Source: an uncultured archaeon
Lineage (GTDB): Archaea > Iainarchaeota > Iainarchaeia > Iainarchaeales > CSSED10-239
Assembly: GCA_964586355.1 (NCBI GenBank)
Contig: CAZPGO010000053.1
Coordinates: 1-5,127 of the forward strand
Direction of reading: 5' to 3'
Length of the DNA: 5,127 nucleotides
The notes beneath the pieces were generated by a model. It worked only from the letters and a program-made list of their open reading frames with translations. It made no database searches and was not told the DNA's origin. The stretch's first letter is position 1, and the number at the start of each line of letters is the position of its first letter. Both the position numbers and the translations under genes were made by a program. Of this stretch, positions 3,725-5,127 are shown piece by piece.

Positions 3725-5127
3725 AATACTTCTGAATCCTTATCTTTAAACAATCATCCAGATGTATTTTATTTACCAGAAGCAGAGTTAGCAAAAGACG
3801 GTTTTACTCTAGAAAGTTATCTTGATTCTCTAAAAGAATCTGTGCCAAAAAACCGAGACTCCTTATCCAGTGTAGACAATATTTGGGGCACTTCTCCTTT
3901 AAGTGGTACTGTTCATATTCCTGTTTTGTTAGTTCAGTTTCCAGATAACCAGTCAAACACATCCTCTTTAGATCTTTCCTTAGCTTTCAATTCTGAAAAT
4001 TATTTAAACGGTTCTGGCATTAGTGTTAGCAAATATTTTAATAAGCAATCCTATGGCGATTTCAATTTAGTTTTTGATATTTATGGTTGGCAAACCCTTT
4101 CTCAACCATATTCTTATTACTCTCAAGATAGTTACAATGAATTTTTATTAACCTTAGACAGCATGTCTGCTTTTAACTCTATAGTAAATTTTTCCGATTA
4201 TGATTCAGATAATGATGGTCGTATTGATGGAGTTGTTTTAGTATATGCCGGAAGGGGTATACAAGGAAGTGGAGGAATTTGGCCACAAGCCAGAATCTTT
4301 AACGGTTATACAAATTATTCTTATGATGGTAAATATATTGGCAATGTTGCCTATGTTCCAGAACGCGGTCTTAGTTCCACTGATTCTTTTAGAATTTCTA
4401 TTGCTACTCATGAATTTAGTCATGTTTTGGGTTTACCAGATCTTTATGCTAACTCCACAAGTGGTCAGTTAAATCCAGGTCCTATGAACGGCATGAGTAT
4501 GATGATTTTTCAGGATAGTTATTGTTCCCAAAAGCCCATAAATTTAGATGTTTGGTCTAGATATTTTTTTGGTTGGGTTGATCCAATAACCTTAACTGTA
4601 GATTCTCCAAAAGAGATTAGTTTGCGAAGTATTAATGATTATCCTGATTCTGTTATTTTAAGAAATAATAATATGGGTCCCAGAGAATTTTTTATAATTG
4701 AAAATCGTTATAGAAATCATAACGACCCCAACAACCTAGACAACTGTATGTTTTTAAATGGCTCAACCAACTATGGTGGTTTTGCTATTTATCACATAGA
4801 TGAAAATAAAATAGAATTTGATTACCCAATCAATGCTATTAATTGGGATCGTGATAACAACTATTACTCAGATGTTACTTGGCCAGGAATAACTTTTGAA
4901 GAAAATTTTGTAAATAGTTTAAATACTAATCCTCTGATTTTTCAAAACGATCTTTATTTTAACGAAATAATTTCTGGGTGTAATACTTTTGCTTACTTTG
5001 ATGAAACCCCAAGAATCTGTTCTGATCTTGGTCAAATTTTTGATCGCACTACTTCCACATATACAGGTGTTTCTAATCCTTTTATTAGTTTTCGTGCTAT
5101 TAACTCTAATCAATACACTATGACTGC
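3662..5127 (+). CDS. Secreted M6-family (immune inhibitor A-like) zinc metalloprotease, 3'-truncated by the window edge (488 complete codons, no stop)
   Basis: Not in the supplied ORF track. Codon-by-codon hand translation from ATG 3662 (first ATG after the in-frame TAA at 3620..3622) shows no stop through 5125. M6-domain landmarks appear in order: VHIPVLLVQFPD, SKYFNKQSYGDFNLVFDIYGW, DSDNDGRIDGVVLVYAG...GGIWPQA, HEFSHVLGLPDLY, LDVWSRYFFGWVDP, REFFIIENRY...GGFAIYHIDEN. Confidence 0.88.
   Translation, partial: MNKLHILLIFLLLFNSTFLYANTSESLSLNNHPDVFYLPEAELAKDGFTLESYLDSLKESVPKNRDSLSSVDNIWGTSPLSGTVHIPVLLVQFPDNQSNTSSLDLSLAFNSENYLNGSGISVSKYFNKQSYGDFNLVFDIYGWQTLSQPYSYYSQDSYNEFLLTLDSMSAFNSIVNFSDYDSDNDGRIDGVVLVYAGRGIQGSGGIWPQARIFNGYTNYSYDGKYIGNVAYVPERGLSSTDSFRISIATHEFSHVLGLPDLYANSTSGQLNPGPMNGMSMMIFQDSYCSQKPINLDVWSRYFFGWVDPITLTVDSPKEISLRSINDYPDSVILRNNNMGPREFFIIENRYRNHNDPNNLDNCMFLNGSTNYGGFAIYHIDENKIEFDYPINAINWDRDNNYYSDVTWPGITFEENFVNSLNTNPLIFQNDLYFNEIISGCNTFAYFDETPRICSDLGQIFDRTTSTYTGVSNPFISFRAINSNQYTMT
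4409..4441 (+). other. Zinc-binding and catalytic motif HEFSHVLGLPD (HExxHxxGxxD)
   Basis: CAT GAA TTT AGT CAT GTT TTG GGT TTA CCA GAT read directly. HExxH followed by GLPD-x-Y is the signature I associate with the M6 / TIGR03296 metalloprotease domain. Confidence 0.85.

Noticed and set aside
4238-4472. 61-aa minus-strand ORF (4238..4423) and 75-aa plus-strand ORF (4245..4472)
   Set aside because: Both overlap the catalytic core of the M6 metalloprotease reading frame (3662..>5127), which has strong family motifs including HEFSHVLGLPD. These are out-of-frame or antisense artefacts.
4919-5113. 64-aa ORF on the minus strand
   Set aside because: It is antisense to the continuing M6 protease ORF and has no supporting features.
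1-5127. CRISPR arrays, tRNA/rRNA genes, transposase genes or terminal inverted repeats
   Set aside because: I saw no regularly spaced direct repeats, no GC-rich cloverleaf-like or rRNA-like segments, and no transposase-like ORF. The only repeats are the coding-sequence repeats listed in the features.

Overview
Strongly AT-rich 5.1-kb window (composition judged by eye, not computed) with three co-directional + strand genes for exported or surface proteins, separated by 44-nt and 56-nt spacers. (1) 64..3315 encodes a 1083-aa protein. It opens with an archaeal class III (prepilin-type) signal peptide, MFKNKKG|QISIEF, plus a hydrophobic helix. About 1,050 aa of adhesin-type modules follow: two diverged beta-sandwich-like repeats, two CHB_HEX_C-like domains, and a GLUG-repeat domain of the kind typical of bacterial cell-surface proteins. 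(2) 3360..3605 encodes an 81-aa short pilin paralog with almost the same leader. The first 40 nt of the two genes are 37/40 identical, and both appear to start at a GTG embedded in ATGTG. (3) 3662..>5127 is a long ORF absent from the supplied ORF track because it has no stop in the window. Hand translation shows a Sec-type signal peptide and an M6 (immune inhibitor A-like) zinc metalloprotease with HEFSHVLGLPD. The other listed ORFs are antisense or out-of-frame shadows of these genes. I saw no rRNA, tRNA, CRISPR array or mobile element. The Q+1/S+3/E+5 pilin leaders point to an archaeon, and the AT bias and Asn/Ile/Lys-rich proteins fit DPANN-like or other AT-rich lineages, but taxonomy cannot be settled here. 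The main point of interest is a candidate pilus-displayed adhesin, small pilin and secreted protease module. Secondary points are homopolymer tracts that could switch the adhesin off and an unusual conserved start context. All domain calls are motif recognition by eye and need HMM or structure confirmation.
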